This document shows positions 12,544 to 26,070 of a stretch of 64,000 nucleotides of DNA, one piece after another. The stretch lies in assembly GCA_012295275.1 (NCBI GenBank), contig CM022665.1, forward strand, positions 806,001-870,000, written 5' to 3'. The notes under the pieces are model-generated. The model worked only from the letters and a program-made list of their open reading frames with translations. It did not search any database and had not been told where the DNA came from. Position 1 is the first letter of the stretch. Each line of letters begins with the position of its first letter. This stretch comes from Chrysomallon squamiferum (lineage: Eukaryota; Animalia; Mollusca). The translations under genes were made by a program, and so were the position numbers.

Positions 12544-14202
12544 TTAACAACCTTTTTCTTCCCTTCCGGCACTGCGATCGTCTTCATTTACATTGTCGCC
12601 GTCGTCTACACTGAGAACCGATGCTACAGAAGCTGCGGGTATTTTGATTACATTGGGATCCTCCTTAACAATTTCATGATCTTCTTCCTCTTCTTCTTCG
12701 CTCTGGTCCCAAATTACAGGATTGCCGAGCTCGTCTAATGGTATTGGTGGTGTAGCGACTGGAGCTTCTACAGCATCGTCTGAGTATGGTCCTGAGATGA
12801 GATCTGGCTGGTCAGATGATTTCAGAGAATCTTCAGGAACTCGACTGCACACGCTCTTTCTGGATGCAACCTGAGTATCTTGTTGCTCATCCATATCCGA
12901 GGCTCTAGGCCTTGTAGACGATATGGGAGTTCCAACGATATCTAGATCAATGTTCCGCTGGTCGTTCGGTGTTTTCATGTCTAAGGATATCTCCGATCTT
13001 TTCCTGGATGCGTTTGTTTTTCTTGGTTCTGGTGGTATGTTGCTGTCGCTAACAGTCTGAACAAGGTGAGCGTCAACATCATAATACATAGACGCAGCTG
13101 TGTTGTTCCTGGCAAACATTCCACTGGCTTGTGTTCCGGAAGACTTTCCCGGTAGTTTTGATTTAAGTGACTGGATTTCAACATACTGCTTGTAAGTCTC
13201 TGCCGAATTCTGGTCTCTGAACTGAGCAACAGCGGGCGGTGTTACGCACGGCGTTCTGACTTTAGTGGTTGAAAATGGCCTGTATCTTCCGCCTTCTGCT
13301 TTCAGTGGCCTTTCAATTGTTTTTGCCTTTTTCGAATCGTGATTTCTCATCAGTCGAATACACTGCTTAACTTGAGAGAACAGACAGCCGTCCTCTCCTT
13401 TCAGTCTGTTTCGCTGATCTCTTGTTGAAATATGTCTCACTTCTAACAGTGGCTTCTTCAAATCGGTCTCTGAAACTGGCTGGAATGATACGGGTCTGAA
13501 AGGCCGACATTTTCTGACGTTATGAAATCCTGTGTTTTCTTTCATAAGTCCTGAGCTGACGCTACCTGCGTTCATTCGCTTGTCGCTCGAGGTTGGAGTA
13601 TGCATGCGCTTCGATGGATTGGATTCTCCTACAGACCACGGTCGCGATGAAGATATTCTTGGCAAGTTGCTGTTCTTGTTATACCTAAGTGGTCTCTCGT
13701 CAGGACAGTATTTGTAAATGTAACAGGGATCCCTGACATCGTTCTTTAGTTTTCTTAATCCGTTGACGTCATCCCAATGGTATGGTTTCAGTCTTGTTAA
13801 CATATCCACCGCGTGAATACTGTCAGTAGACTTTTGTTCCAGTCCTAGGTCGCTGTTCTGTTTGTGCTTTCTAAGTGATAAAATTTTTGGCGTAGGTCCT
13901 CTTCCGTCGTCAATAAACCCGATCTTGTTCGCTGATTCTTTCATGTCCTCTGACTGGAAAAGAGAACCAAACTGCTGCAGTTCTGCGAGGGGAGGTGCTC
14001 GGACGCCAGTGGGGTACACAGCGGCAGAAAGAAAGAAATCTGATGGATTCGTTGCATCCCGACCAAATGGATCAATCTTTCGTCTTGGTGTGATTTGTTG
14101 AAATGTTATACGATTTTCCTGATGTTTTTGATCGTCTCCTTCTGGGTATACCAATTTTCCTTCTATTGGTATTGTTAGTTTAAGAATACCGCGTGTTGTC
14201 AT
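12544..14202 (-). CDS. Uncharacterized 552-aa protein (intronless CDS, largely disordered, acidic C-terminus)
   Basis: 1659-nt non-repetitive ORF, more GC-rich than its flanks. Acceptor (tttcttttcag) just before 14281 with an in-frame stop upstream of the ATG, so the upstream exons are UTR. No domain recognised. Confidence 0.8.
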   Translation of the reverse strand: MTTRGILKLTIPIEGKLVYPEGDDQKHQENRITFQQITPRRKIDPFGRDATNPSDFFLSAAVYPTGVRAPPLAELQQFGSLFQSEDMKESANKIGFIDDGRGPTPKILSLRKHKQNSDLGLEQKSTDSIHAVDMLTRLKPYHWDDVNGLRKLKNDVRDPCYIYKYCPDERPLRYNKNSNLPRISSSRPWSVGESNPSKRMHTPTSSDKRMNAGSVSSGLMKENTGFHNVRKCRPFRPVSFQPVSETDLKKPLLEVRHISTRDQRNRLKGEDGCLFSQVKQCIRLMRNHDSKKAKTIERPLKAEGGRYRPFSTTKVRTPCVTPPAVAQFRDQNSAETYKQYVEIQSLKSKLPGKSSGTQASGMFARNNTAASMYYDVDAHLVQTVSDSNIPPEPRKTNASRKRSEISLDMKTPNDQRNIDLDIVGTPISSTRPRASDMDEQQDTQVASRKSVCSRVPEDSLKSSDQPDLISGPYSDDAVEAPVATPPIPLDELGNPVIWDQSEEEEEEDHEIVKEDPNVIKIPAASVASVLSVDDGDNVNEDDRSAGREEKGC

Positions 14203-15823
14203 TCTTATCAGTTGTCGGTTAAGTTTTCTTTCCTACATTCTTAATTCAAATATTTTTCAGGCGGTCGGAAATGGTCTGCTCCTGAAAAGAAATGTAAATT
14301 AGCTAGATATTATTATTGTTATTACCACTACTACTACTACTACTACTAATATTATTATTATTTCTACTATTACTACTACTAGTACTGTTATTATTGTATT
14401 TATTATTATTATTAGAAAATTCTAACCAGCCTGTATTTTATTTGTTCAGTCTAAAACGGAGCGGTAGTAGGTGGAATTGTCATCTCATTTTATCAGTATG
14501 CAAAAGCTGCAATATGTATTGACTGACTTTCTTTATTTAACTGATGCTGACTTAATTCAAACAACTGTATTTATTAGAGGCTGAACTGAATATTAATAAC
14601 ATTTTCTAAAAAGCGTTTAAAACAAGTACTTCTGTTTTTTATCTATGGTTTCTCAACTGAATCAAATTTGCATAAAATGTTCTGATAAAGCAGATCAGAA
14701 CATTTTTAATTAGTTTTCTAGTGAAAGAGTAATCATTAGTGAATCCAAGTGAGACTTCTTTCTTAATGAAACATAATCCACTGGATCAGTAACTGATCCG
14801 TCTAGTTTCTTGTTAAATAATGTGTATTATTTATTTCTATATTAAGATTCACAAAAGATGTAAACAGTAGGTGTTTGTTTTTGTTGTTGTTGTTTAAACA
14901 TCAGATGAATATCAGTAAGTATGTGCAGATAGTTTCCGCGGTACACGAACATACTGTAAAGATTTATCGATTTATTAGGACATGCTTGTAACCAGAAAAT
15001 GTTTAAATCGTTATTCGAGACGACCGTGTGCTGTGTTTTTAAAACAGATTTTTATGTTTCAAGCACAAAGTTGGTTACATAACTGATTCATACAAAACGC
15101 AAAACAGTGATATTGTAAAAGCTAACAATATTTTGAATCACAATCTAATCAGGCAGTGTCTTTAGTTAATTCATAACAAATTTAATGACCAAATAATTCA
15201 GCACACTATTTATTTCATACAGCAGAGATCTTTTTTCAGTGACTTCAGCTGGACTTGTAAGTATGATATGATTGTGGAATTAGTCCGCATCGGCTGTTTT
15301 CTGTGATAGCTAACCGTACGTTAAAGAACGTGTTGCTGATCAACCAAAAGTGTAGCAGATCGAGAGGCGGGAGCGAATTTTTTTCATTACTTCTTAAGTC
15401 CTTAGCCTGCTTCTTAAACTATTTCAGTGTATTTCTTTCACGAATATTTATCACGAATTTCTTATGTTTTTCGTCATTTTTGTCTAAACGTTAACGTATT
15501 CTTAACAAGAGGGGAACTCAGGTTTAAAAAGAGGGGTAGGTTTGTATTAAATACAACTTTGAAGACGAAATGTTAGTTTGATTATAAAGAAAAATAAAAG
15601 AGGACGAACCCGGTGTAATCACATTCACAGTAAGCATCAGGTTAAAATGTTTGTACAAACTGAAAATACATATCGTTTATATCGGTATAGCATAATCAAT
15701 GCAAAATTAATTTCACACCAAACAAATGTAATTACCCTACTGTTTGTATCTCAACTTCTCTTTAAGTGTAATTATCTATGTATGGGTATATGTGAGTGTG
15801 TGTGTGTATGCGCGTGCGTGTGA

Positions 15824-15873
<50 letters not shown>

Positions 15874-17029
15874 TAGAGAGAGAGAGTTATTAATTAAGCG
15901 AATAATTTTATAAAATGCCGACATTCTATTTTACAATTATCAGTTCTTCTCAAGTATTCATTCCAAATTTGCTTATGTTTTCAAAATGTCTTTGTTGCGA
16001 AATGTTTTTAATTCTTTAAATACTAGGTTACTCTTGTCGCAAGATTAAACGTAAACCAGTAGCAACTGATTATTAATTTGAACATTCAACTTTTACACTG
16101 AATGAATGCGTGTAAACTGATGCGAACCTGTTTTTGTACGTCGAATAATAATACAATGCACACTTTATTTACGTTCTGTTAATGAATATAAAAGCTTTTC
16201 GAGTTAAAATTAATACGAATATAATATTGATTTTAAAAATCGGTTCCCTTGAATGTATTATGATAAGGTTTTTTTAATATTTAATTAAAACTTACTCACA
16301 TAAAAATTAAAATATTTGTTTACTGATCTGTTTTAACAGAAAATAGTAACCTTTAAGATTCGAGTCAAACAGTTCAGATACATTTACATAGCTAAAATGT
16401 TGGCAGTATATTCCTTTAAGACAGTCAACGCTGTTTTCACTTACCATGTATTAATGAATACCAAAACTTGCTGGATTCAAATCAAAACATTTGCGATATA
16501 ATCTGCACAAACACACTTGTAGTATTAACATCCAGCTGGACTGGTACTTCTTAACTTGAGCCGGCACAATCTTGGTTTCAGAAGATTAGCAGTAAGCCGC
16601 GGCTTCGAGAAATTCTATTGGAGCGTTAAGTAAAATGAGAGGTTGTGTGAATGTGTTTGATGGGTGCCTAACAGTTTGTAAAAGGAATATGTGACTGTTA
16701 TGCTAGCAGAGAAAGAAAAAGAAAGGAAAACGGTCTGAAGAGGTGACGGTATGTAGTGTATTTCTGATAATAAGACAGGAGTAAGTAATTAAGTCAGTGC
16801 GTAAGTAAAATTAATGAAAATAACACAAATAGTAGTTATAGTAACAATAATAATAATAAAAAGAAGACGATAATGATGAACAAAAGCTGCAGTTGCAGCA
16901 GCAGCAACAACAACAACAACAATAAATAACAATAATAATAATAAATAAATAAATAAATAAATAAATAAGTAAATAAAACAGCAACAGCAATAACATCAAA
17001 ACCAAAATAATTAATTGGTTGGTTTCAAA

Positions 17030-17240
17030 TCTTCACACCTTCACTTCAGATTCTCTGTCTTGGACAAAACAATTTAGATTCCACATTGTCTGCCCTGCAG
17101 AGACATGCTTGAACATTCAGCGGAGATAAACAAGCCCACCCTTAGAAGATTCTGTTGTTTACCTGTTAATGCTCGTTTATAATGTAATCGGATGTGTGCC
17201 GGTAGATGTAACTCAAATTATTAAACTGGGCTGTGGTTAA
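17030..17240 (+). mobile_element. Degenerate tRNA-derived CORE-type SINE fragment
   Basis: B-box-like ggtttcaaatc followed by tctgtcttggacaaaacaattta...cacattgtct, which resembles the CORE motif (ccttgggcaagacacttaac). Recognised from memory only. Confidence 0.35.
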
Positions 17241-19137
17241 TGAACAAAAAGTTAGGATTAAATGGTAACTGTTTAGAAGTTAAAGATTAATTTATATATA
17301 AACAATAAAAAATTAATAATAATAAATAAATTTAAAAATAATAATAAAAATAGTATAACAAAAAAATAATCATCTGAAATTTTGTGGTTTTTACTTATTT
17401 TCATTTATTTATTTATTGTACAAAACTGACAATATTTTAAACTTCTCATATTTTACAGCCACTCTCGCCATCTATCGATTATTTTTAATGATTTTTTTCA
17501 GTTCAATTCTGCTTTCCCCCCACTAATCTCAGTCGCTGTGCAGTTTACACTCAACAGTTAAACGTCAGAAAAAAGTCAAGTGCTATCTTCACATGTGTCA
17601 TTTTAAGCTGTTTAAGCTTTGTGTCAAATCTTGGGTTTTCTTTCTTTCTTTCTTTTCTTTTTCATTTTACTCTTTTTTCTTTAAACTTTATTTCATTTCA
17701 TTCCATTTTATTTATTTATTTATTTTATTAGCAATGAAATATATTTTGTTTTCTTATTTTTTTATTTTAAGTAGGTGCCATTATATATAATTGAATAATT
17801 GTCCTACTTAAAAAAGTAATAATAACAATTAATACATTTTAAAATTAATAATGATAAAAAATAAATTAATTAATGAACAAATAAACCGTAAAACAAAAAC
17901 AAATTATTGCTGTCTCAGATATGATGTATATTTTACTGGATTATTTACGTAACTTTTTGAGCTATTTCCAATTCCAGCCAGATTTTCACCATACATCACT
18001 TTATACGTATTTGACAAAGTTCAGAAACAAGATCTTTTTCTGTTAATCTGTAAGAGTACCTTGAGTAGCGACTTTCTTCTTTCATATCATTATTATTACA
18101 GAAACGTAAAACTGACCCCTATAATAAGGTAAAAATAAAAATATAAAACTGTATTGAGGATCCACTGAATGTTCATTTATATATATATATAGTTAAAAAA
18201 AAAGAATAATAATAATAAAAAAGTTAAGTTAATAAGTAAAGTAAATAAGTAAGTAAGTAAATAAATATTATAGTGTATGTTCCCTAGATCGAGGGCTCAG
18301 TAAAGCTTTGAAAAACATTTGAAATGGCAGAGACTTATAGATTTGGCTGTGCATTAATATATAAAATTTCCAGTTGACACGTTACGCTGATTTTATGCTT
18401 GAATGATAAGCCTTGGTTATCGAGAGTTTTTAACAGCCAATTATTTCGGGTGATTATTTTTGGCACGTCGATCAAGTTCACAAACATGTAGCGGGGAATA
18501 TTTGGTAAAAAAAAAAAAAAAAAAAATGATTTAATCTTGTCTACAGAAAAAATAAATAAACAAAGAAATAATTAAAGAACAGACATAATAATAATAATAG
18601 TATTTTTTATTATTTAGTTGTATTTGTAATTATTTGTTAGAAATAATAAACTTTAAGTTTAAATGGTCGCCCAACATTCTTTAAGCATTTTTTGTTTATT
18701 TATTATTTGCAACTCAAAAATATGAACAACACATACCATTTATTCTACTACTTCTGCTAATACTACTATCTCTACAACTACTACTAACTACTGTTATTAT
18801 TGTTGTTGTTGTTGCTGTTGTTGTTGTGTTGTTACTGTTGTTAGTGTGTCCATGTAATCGAAGTATAAAAATTACTTTGTGGGAAGGAATCGACATGCAA
18901 CCCATATAGATTACATAATACAGAAAAACTGCTGTGAGATCCACGAAAAATCCATAATGTTCTGAGTTTACATCTATCTTTGTTTAGCGTCGTCTCAAAT
19001 GCACTCAGGTTAGTTCAGTACAAACCATTTATCTCACCACATACTTTCCAAGATTTATTGATTGCCGTTTAAAACATTTGAGAATATTTTTATTGCCTAA
19101 GAACCTCTCTCTCTCTAGATATGTATAGAAAGTAGCA

Positions 19138-19178
<41 letters not shown>

Positions 19179-19229
19179 TTCGTATCCTTGTCTCGTCAGG
19201 CAAATACACATGCCTAGAAAGAGACAGAG

Positions 19230-19290
<61 letters not shown>

Positions 19291-20437
19291 ACAAACATCT
19301 TATTATATAAATAATATAATTTTTTTTTTTAATTTTAAGATAAAATATTTCGTAGCCATTATTCCCTTTGACCTGATATGCTGCTGTTCGATAACAACAC
19401 TGAAATATGTTATATCTTTACAACATCGACATATGCTAGGCCGCGATATAAACATTACCCGGCTGACCAGTTCACCAAAAAACTTTCCATCGCTAAAACC
19501 ACCACTTGGAATGTTTCTTTGTTAACTTGTATTTAATAAACCTGCCGTAACAAAAAAATTCTTAACAGTATTTGTGTTACCACCGTGTACGGAACATTAA
19601 ATCACACTCGTAAAGGTTTAGATTAAAGAAAGGTATTTTTCTTGATGAAAATATAAAACAAATTATAATCGCATCAGTTTGAGCCATGGATTCAGGGTTA
19701 GGTGTGGGTTACAGTCCACACATCATAAACAACCCAGTTTTTAACGAGTCTAGAATTTTTTTTTTTTTTTTTTTTCGTTTAAATAAAACTTATTTTATCT
19801 TTAAAATTAAATTCAATAGATTGATGGTGCCACCATTTTTCTGAAAATTTGGTTCCGACCCTAATTTTTATTATTTATTTGCGGTCTTTGACGTTTTCTG
19901 TTTATATCTGTTTAAGGAGCGTCTACTTTAAATGAAAAAACAAACAATTTTTTTTTCTTGCCAGCGGTATTTTAGTGTCAATCATAAGATTAATGTTGAC
20001 TCTGGCTGAAGAGATTTAAAATTAAGAACCTGTTGTTAATGTCGTTTACTTGTTTGCTTTGGTTTTAAATGTTTATGTTGCTGTAAGTGCCGGGTAATAC
20101 TTTACAATAACAAGCTGAAGAATAATGACTCAGGACTTTTAATTGGAATATTAACATTATTTTCTTTGATTTATAATTTTACTATTGTTTTAAGCGGCGT
20201 GCAATTTACAAAAAAATAATAATAATAATAATAATTAAAATTAAAAGCACCACTGAAAACGAAAACCATCAGTATTTATGCCTTAATAATAATAATAATA
20301 ATAATTGTGTGTATATATATATGTGTTTGCCAAAATGCTAGTAAATGTCATGAAATACTTTTTCTGTATTGCTATAAGTGTTGTGAAATACTTTAAAAAT
20401 TAAACCTATTACAATCATCTAGACTGTCGCGGAAACA

Positions 20438-20478
<41 letters not shown>

Positions 20479-20954
20479 ACACACACACACACACACACAC
20501 AAGAATAATAATAATAATAATAATAAGATTGGTTTATTGGTAATAATTCTTCGTACACGGATCTGTTCACAAGACAGTTCAGGAATAATACCATAATTTC
20601 TCATTGTTTAGATATTTAACAGCGATTTAATAACAATAATAATAATACATCGTCATCCAGTCTGGTATATAAAATAAATCGTTCCAATACAGTTAGTTAA
20701 CATTAAACAATATCCTCATTATACACACAGAAATGTTACTGCGCCTTAGAAAATGATTTAAAAGCTTAGAGTTTCCATCACACGACTTTTGTGTAATAAT
20801 ACGCCTTGCTAATTCGCTGCTTCGTTAATCTAATAAATCTTGTCCTTGGCTATTGTCCTAACCTAATACCTGGCTTTAGAAAGCAGTTTCATATCTGTTT
20901 GAGTAATCGAAAGATTGTTTACACCATGCAGATTTCCCTAGAGAAACAAACAAA

Positions 20955-21031
<77 letters not shown>

Positions 21032-21807
21032 ATTAATAAATAAATAAGAAATTTAAATTAAAAAAATAAAAAGGATGGTGGTGTCTGAAAAAAACAACAA
21101 AAAAACTTGATCTGGGCTTGCAGTGGTTTAAGACACTGAGTGTAAGTTTTGTACAAACGTAGATTGTTTCCAGTGCTAATTTTGGAGCTGCGGGACTGAT
21201 ACATCATAACTTGCATTGCTCTCTGTCGAATCCTCTAAACCTGACCCTAACACTGACCCTAACTATCGCAACTTTTAGATTGTGTAACCAAGACTGATAT
21301 ACTTGAATCTTCAGTGGAGGTAAAGATATTTCAAATAGTTTGTTTACTCACTGAAGGATGACATATAAACATACATAAAACAGTTATTCAAGTACCTGGT
21401 ATATGTAGTAAAATCTTAAAGCTATGTTAGTAGATTAAATGAACGTGAACTCACGGATGAGAATAAAATGGATAAAAGGGTACATTTGGTCATTAAACAC
21501 CGTGTATTTATGTGTGCGTGTGCGTGTGTATGTGTCTGTGTTTAAAGTAATTAAAACACACTCTTAAGAGCTCTGTCGTTTCTTTCTAATCTCTGTATAT
21601 GCTATTAAATACAATTTAATAAAGGCTATAAACTACTCCTGATCCGATTTAATTTACTCTCATTTAAAACACAAAATCTAACATTTTTGTAGATATTATT
21701 GTGTGTATGTGTGCGTGTATGTGTGCATTGGTGTTTGTGAAATAAAGAGAGAGACAACATAATATATTCAATAAAATTCACTCTATACTAAATTACAATA
21801 ACCTTAC

Positions 21808-22170
21808 CTTGTAGATATATATGAGAGTTCTCCAGCTTTTTCTTTCAGATAACACGATGTAAAACGAGGCTCTCTTTCTGTAGGCGTGGCGAGAGTGTTC
21901 TTTCTCTCGCCTGGCTCGAGGACCCCCAGTCTCGTATCACTGAACGTATCTTGATATTCGAGTCGGATCTTTTTACTGTGACAAGAGTTAAAGGAAATCA
22001 CTGGAGCCTTATCTAGCCAGTCCTCTGACAATCGATAAATAACGACGAAAAAAACATGTTTGGATCTAGAGTTACACGGTTCTTCGAACAAACGAAATGT
22101 TCATGTAACCAATATTGCCAACAATGGTGTGAATAGCTTCAAACAAACGGCGTGCTTTGGGGGGCGTTCT
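21808..22170 (-). other. Candidate non-coding 5' exon of the 552-aa gene
   Basis: CpG-richer segment ending in a strong minus-strand donor aag|gtaagg at 21808/21807, on the same strand as and upstream of the 14281 acceptor. Another candidate donor (gtaagt) lies at 16444. Confidence 0.35.
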
Positions 22171-22455
22171 CGGCAATTCAAAGGAATTTCTTAAATTAAA
22201 AATGTTAAGTGACTGAATCGCTTTTGTGTGAAACAAAAATGACTTAATATTATGTGATAGCGTTCATGACACATATATTCATTTCATTAAACCTGATTAA
22301 ACCTGATCTTCATTTCATACGTCGTTCCAGATGCAAGCACCTGTCCTCTCATAATTTTTATGGACCATATTTATTTTATTTTATTATTATTAAATCGACT
22401 AAATATCGATGACATCTTTCTCACGTTTCAGAAATACTACTACTACTACTACTAT

Positions 22456-22536
<81 letters not shown>

Positions 22537-22924
22537 TAACTACCTCCTGAAACTATTTCACATCTCTGTCTCTCTCTCTCTCTTAGCGCTATGGTCAGTT
22601 TTGTTTTTGTTATTAAACAATTACTGTCAATCCATCATTCAGTAATCCTGCTTGACTGAAGACAATAATACCTAAATCGTCCATGTTTCCACTGATTGAT
22701 CTTTCTTTTTTATTTTTTTCCTTTTCGACTTCTACGACCGGTATTTAATTTGTTTGCCTTATAAATATTATCTACAGTTTTAGTTTTTGAAGTTTCACTT
22801 ATATATTTCTTTTATCATTTTTATGTTTGTTAATTAGCCATCACAAAGTAAGAATCTGTTCTCTCTATATGCCAGGCTGTTGTCGTATTAACTTATACTA
22901 ATTCGGATGTGTTACTTTTAATTG

Positions 22925-23063
22925 TATTGTATTTATTTTATTTTATTTTATTTTATTTTATTTTATTTTTATTTATTTATTTATTTTATTTTTATTTCAT
23001 CTTATTTTATTGTATTTATTTATTTATTTTATTTTATTTTATTTTATTTTATTTTATTTTATT

Positions 23064-23094
<31 letters not shown>

Positions 23095-23249
23095 TTTTAT
23101 TTCATTTTTTTATTTTTTATTTTTTTTATTTTTTTTTTTTTATTTTTATTTTATTTTTTTTATTTTATTTTATTTTATTTTTTATTTTATTTTTTTTATT
23201 TTATTTTTTATTTTATTTTATTTTTAATTTTTTTTTTTATTTTATTTTA

Positions 23250-23283
<34 letters not shown>

Positions 23284-23410
23284 ATTTTATTTTATTTTAT
23301 TTATTTTATTTATTTAATTTATTTTATTTTATTTTTTTTTTTATTTTATTTTATTTTATTTATATTTATTTATTTTATTTATTTTTTTTTTTAAATTATT
23401 TATTTTTTTT
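22925..23410. repeat. ~490-bp (TTTTA/TTTA)n low-complexity array
   Basis: Almost pure A/T; source of three spurious F/I/L/Y-rich ORFs. Confidence 0.95.
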
Positions 23411-23913
23411 TAATCATTTTATTTTTATTACAGTGTTTCTATCGTTTCAACTGCAATTTCTGAAACAAAATTATTTTAAAACTGGAAAATGAAAATCCAT
23501 AATATTTAAATAAAAGAAATAATGTTAGTTGTAATTAATTTTCAATCAAACATTTTCTTTCAGCCTTCAGACTACCATAATCTTTCACCAAATTCCTGAA
23601 CGTTATAAATAAAAAAATAAAATAGAATTAAAAAAATATAAATTATATATATAGATATAATGATAATGCTATAAATTTAGAGTTGTTTATAAACATTCAT
23701 TCACATGCACAAAACAGAGAGAAAAATCATTAGATGTCTAGAGTTACCTCCCATTTACACTCAGAAACATTATACATTTAATCCAGGGTACGGAGTTCAA
23801 GCTACCTAATTATTACAATTAATTTACACATCTACACACATACACACACACATCTCCACACACATCTACACATACACACACATAAACACACATCTACACA
23901 TACAAACACAAAC

Positions 23914-23954
<41 letters not shown>

Positions 23955-24127
23955 TACTGTATCATATACATCTTTTATCATTAAAAATATAATAAATAAA
24001 TAAATAAATCGGTGATAAATAAATGTTATTTATAAAACTTTACAGTTTTGCTTTAGCTGATTTGGCATCTTCTTCTTCTTCTATTAATAATAATCATAAT
24101 AATAATAATAAAACAGTAATAATAATA

Positions 24128-24377
24128 CAAGCTGAGCATCGTTTATCCGAACTGCTTGGGACTGGAAGTGTTTATGATTTTGGAATATGAGAATAGAACC
24201 TGAGAATAAGATCTAAGTTTAAAAACGAATTACATTTATATTTTATAAAAATAGTCTGCACGATTTCTTTCATATTATAATTTTAATAATTTTTGGCATC
24301 AAACAAACTGTGTGTCTGATAAACAATAAGTTATTACTATTTCTGCTCCTCGGAAAACGTTTCGGATATTCAGCCTA
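24128..24377 (+). mobile_element. Tigger/pogo-type MITE resembling Tigger4 (Zombi/MER46)
   Basis: TA|caagctgagcatc ... gatattcagccta|TA, i.e. imperfect 13-bp TIRs with TA target duplication. Internal tgcttgggactggaagtgttt, ctaagtttaaaaacgaattacatttat and ttttaataatttttggcatcaaacaaa resemble the Tigger4 consensus as remembered. Confidence 0.6.
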
Positions 24378-24513
24378 TAATAATAATATTTTAACATTTA
24401 AAAATCTTTCTTAAACACTAAGTTTTAACTCAGACATTTTCTTATGAATATCTGGCAAATCGTGTGGGTTTTTTTCATCTCAGTATACTTTTGTAACATT
24501 TTCTTAGTATCTG

Positions 24514-24558
<45 letters not shown>

Positions 24559-25089
24559 ATGTCTGTCTGTCTGATTGTCTGTCTATCTATCTCTCTAACT
24601 ATCTATCTGTCTGTCTATCTAAATATCTATTTATTATTGTTACTGTTTTAGTTGTTGTGCTTATAATTGTAGAAATAACAAAAGTACAATTCCAAATACA
24701 AATCTGTTTTAAGAAGTCACAATACACTTTACATTATGACGAATTAGGTGTGTAAAATGGATTAATTAATGACATTAATAACTCGTGACATGGCTATTTT
24801 TAATTAGGTTAGTGGATTCATATACAAGACAAATGCACAATAAATAAATAAATAAATAAATAAATTAATAAATTAATAAATTAATAATAAAATAAAATAG
24901 TGGACTGAATAATGTTTCAAACTTTAATATAGTCATGTATGTGAGTATGTGTGTGTGTGTGCGTGTGTGTAAAGGAAAATTAATTCATGATCTGATTAAT
25001 GTATTCGATTTGCTGTAACAGCTTAATTAAAAACAATTAGTTGTCGCTACATTATTTATCCGCTTTGTTCGTTATGTGGCGATTTAGAC

Positions 25090-25160
25090 AATCCAGTCAA
25101 GAACGTGGTATGTGTTTTTCTGTCTTGGTGCTGTAGTGGTTCTTCTCTCTTCTGCTATCA
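25090..25160 (+). mobile_element. SINE central-domain remnant
   Basis: cgtggtatgtgtttttctgtcttgg resembles the cgtggtatgtgctatcctgtctgtgg motif remembered from gastropod SINEs. Confidence 0.3.
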
Positions 25161-25787
25161 TTCGTTTACTATTGGTTCAAGTATTTTATTAAATTACTAT
25201 GCTAATTTCCCATGCTAGATAATATTTCAATAGCTTATAAAAGAAGCAACGTCATTTCAGCAGTTGTTTTCTTTGCAGTTCTATTTGAAAACTCTTCAAA
25301 GGGTATCAAGTTAAATGCTACGTAATGCATTGGTTCAAATATAATTATGACACTAATCGTCCAATGGTAGCATACAGCCTTTTGTGTACTTTATAGAATA
25401 TTACTGACATGTAGCCCACGTAGATAAGTCTCGTGTCAATGAAAGCATGCCAGGGTTTGAGCAAGAAAAGACATTACGTCACACACTTGTAGTTAGCACA
25501 TGAACTGATTATACTTCAACACTAACGTCCGTTGTTACAGTTTAACTAAGACGTTTATAATATTCATATATCACCTTTTGTTTTCAAACAATATCCATAA
25601 GACTGCCAATCAGCTTGTGTAATATAATATTACCTACATACTTACTGCTGGTATTAAGACTATGAAGATTAGACTTGAAACGACACATACTTAATTAAGC
25701 ATGATTACCGTTGCCACGGTAAGTGCAAGTATTATAGATAAAAGAGTGTTTGATTAATAAACGTAATCAAAAGTTAATGCAGAAATG

Positions 25788-25848
<61 letters not shown>

Positions 25849-25969
25849 TATACATACATACATACATATATACATACAGCCATACATACAGATACATATT
25901 TTTATAAAAATAAAATACAAATTTCATCATAAATTATACAGTAAACATGCAGTTCTGTTGGTAAATCAG

Positions 25970-26070
25970 ACATAGAGCTGGTGGCTGGAACGGGAAATAG
26001 CTTATTGGACGTTCTGAGGATAACCAAACATGTTACCAGTTATGCATCAACCAGGCTTCTAACCATTTCC
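25970..26070 (-). mobile_element. SINE head remnant
   Basis: tggctggaacgggaaatagcttattgg resembles the tggctggaacgagaaatagctcaatgg segment remembered from gastropod tRNA-SINEs (reverse orientation). Confidence 0.35.

Noticed and set aside
14674-14706. 13-bp-stem hairpin aaaatgttctgat-N7-atcagaacatttt, and palindrome ggatcagtaactgatcc near 14783
   Set aside because: Short, AT-rich and intronic; too small for a pre-miRNA and no element boundaries found.
21238-21265. accctaac repeats as interstitial telomere
   Set aside because: Only two or three degenerate units; more likely part of a dispersed repeat.
21804-22091. 95-aa minus-strand ORF as a stand-alone gene
   Set aside because: No ATG start or recognisable domain, and it ends on a splice donor; better explained as a UTR exon.
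22909-23492. Three long hydrophobic F/I/L/Y ORFs resembling mitochondrial membrane proteins
   Set aside because: Artefacts of the pure A/T low-complexity array; no NUMT signal.
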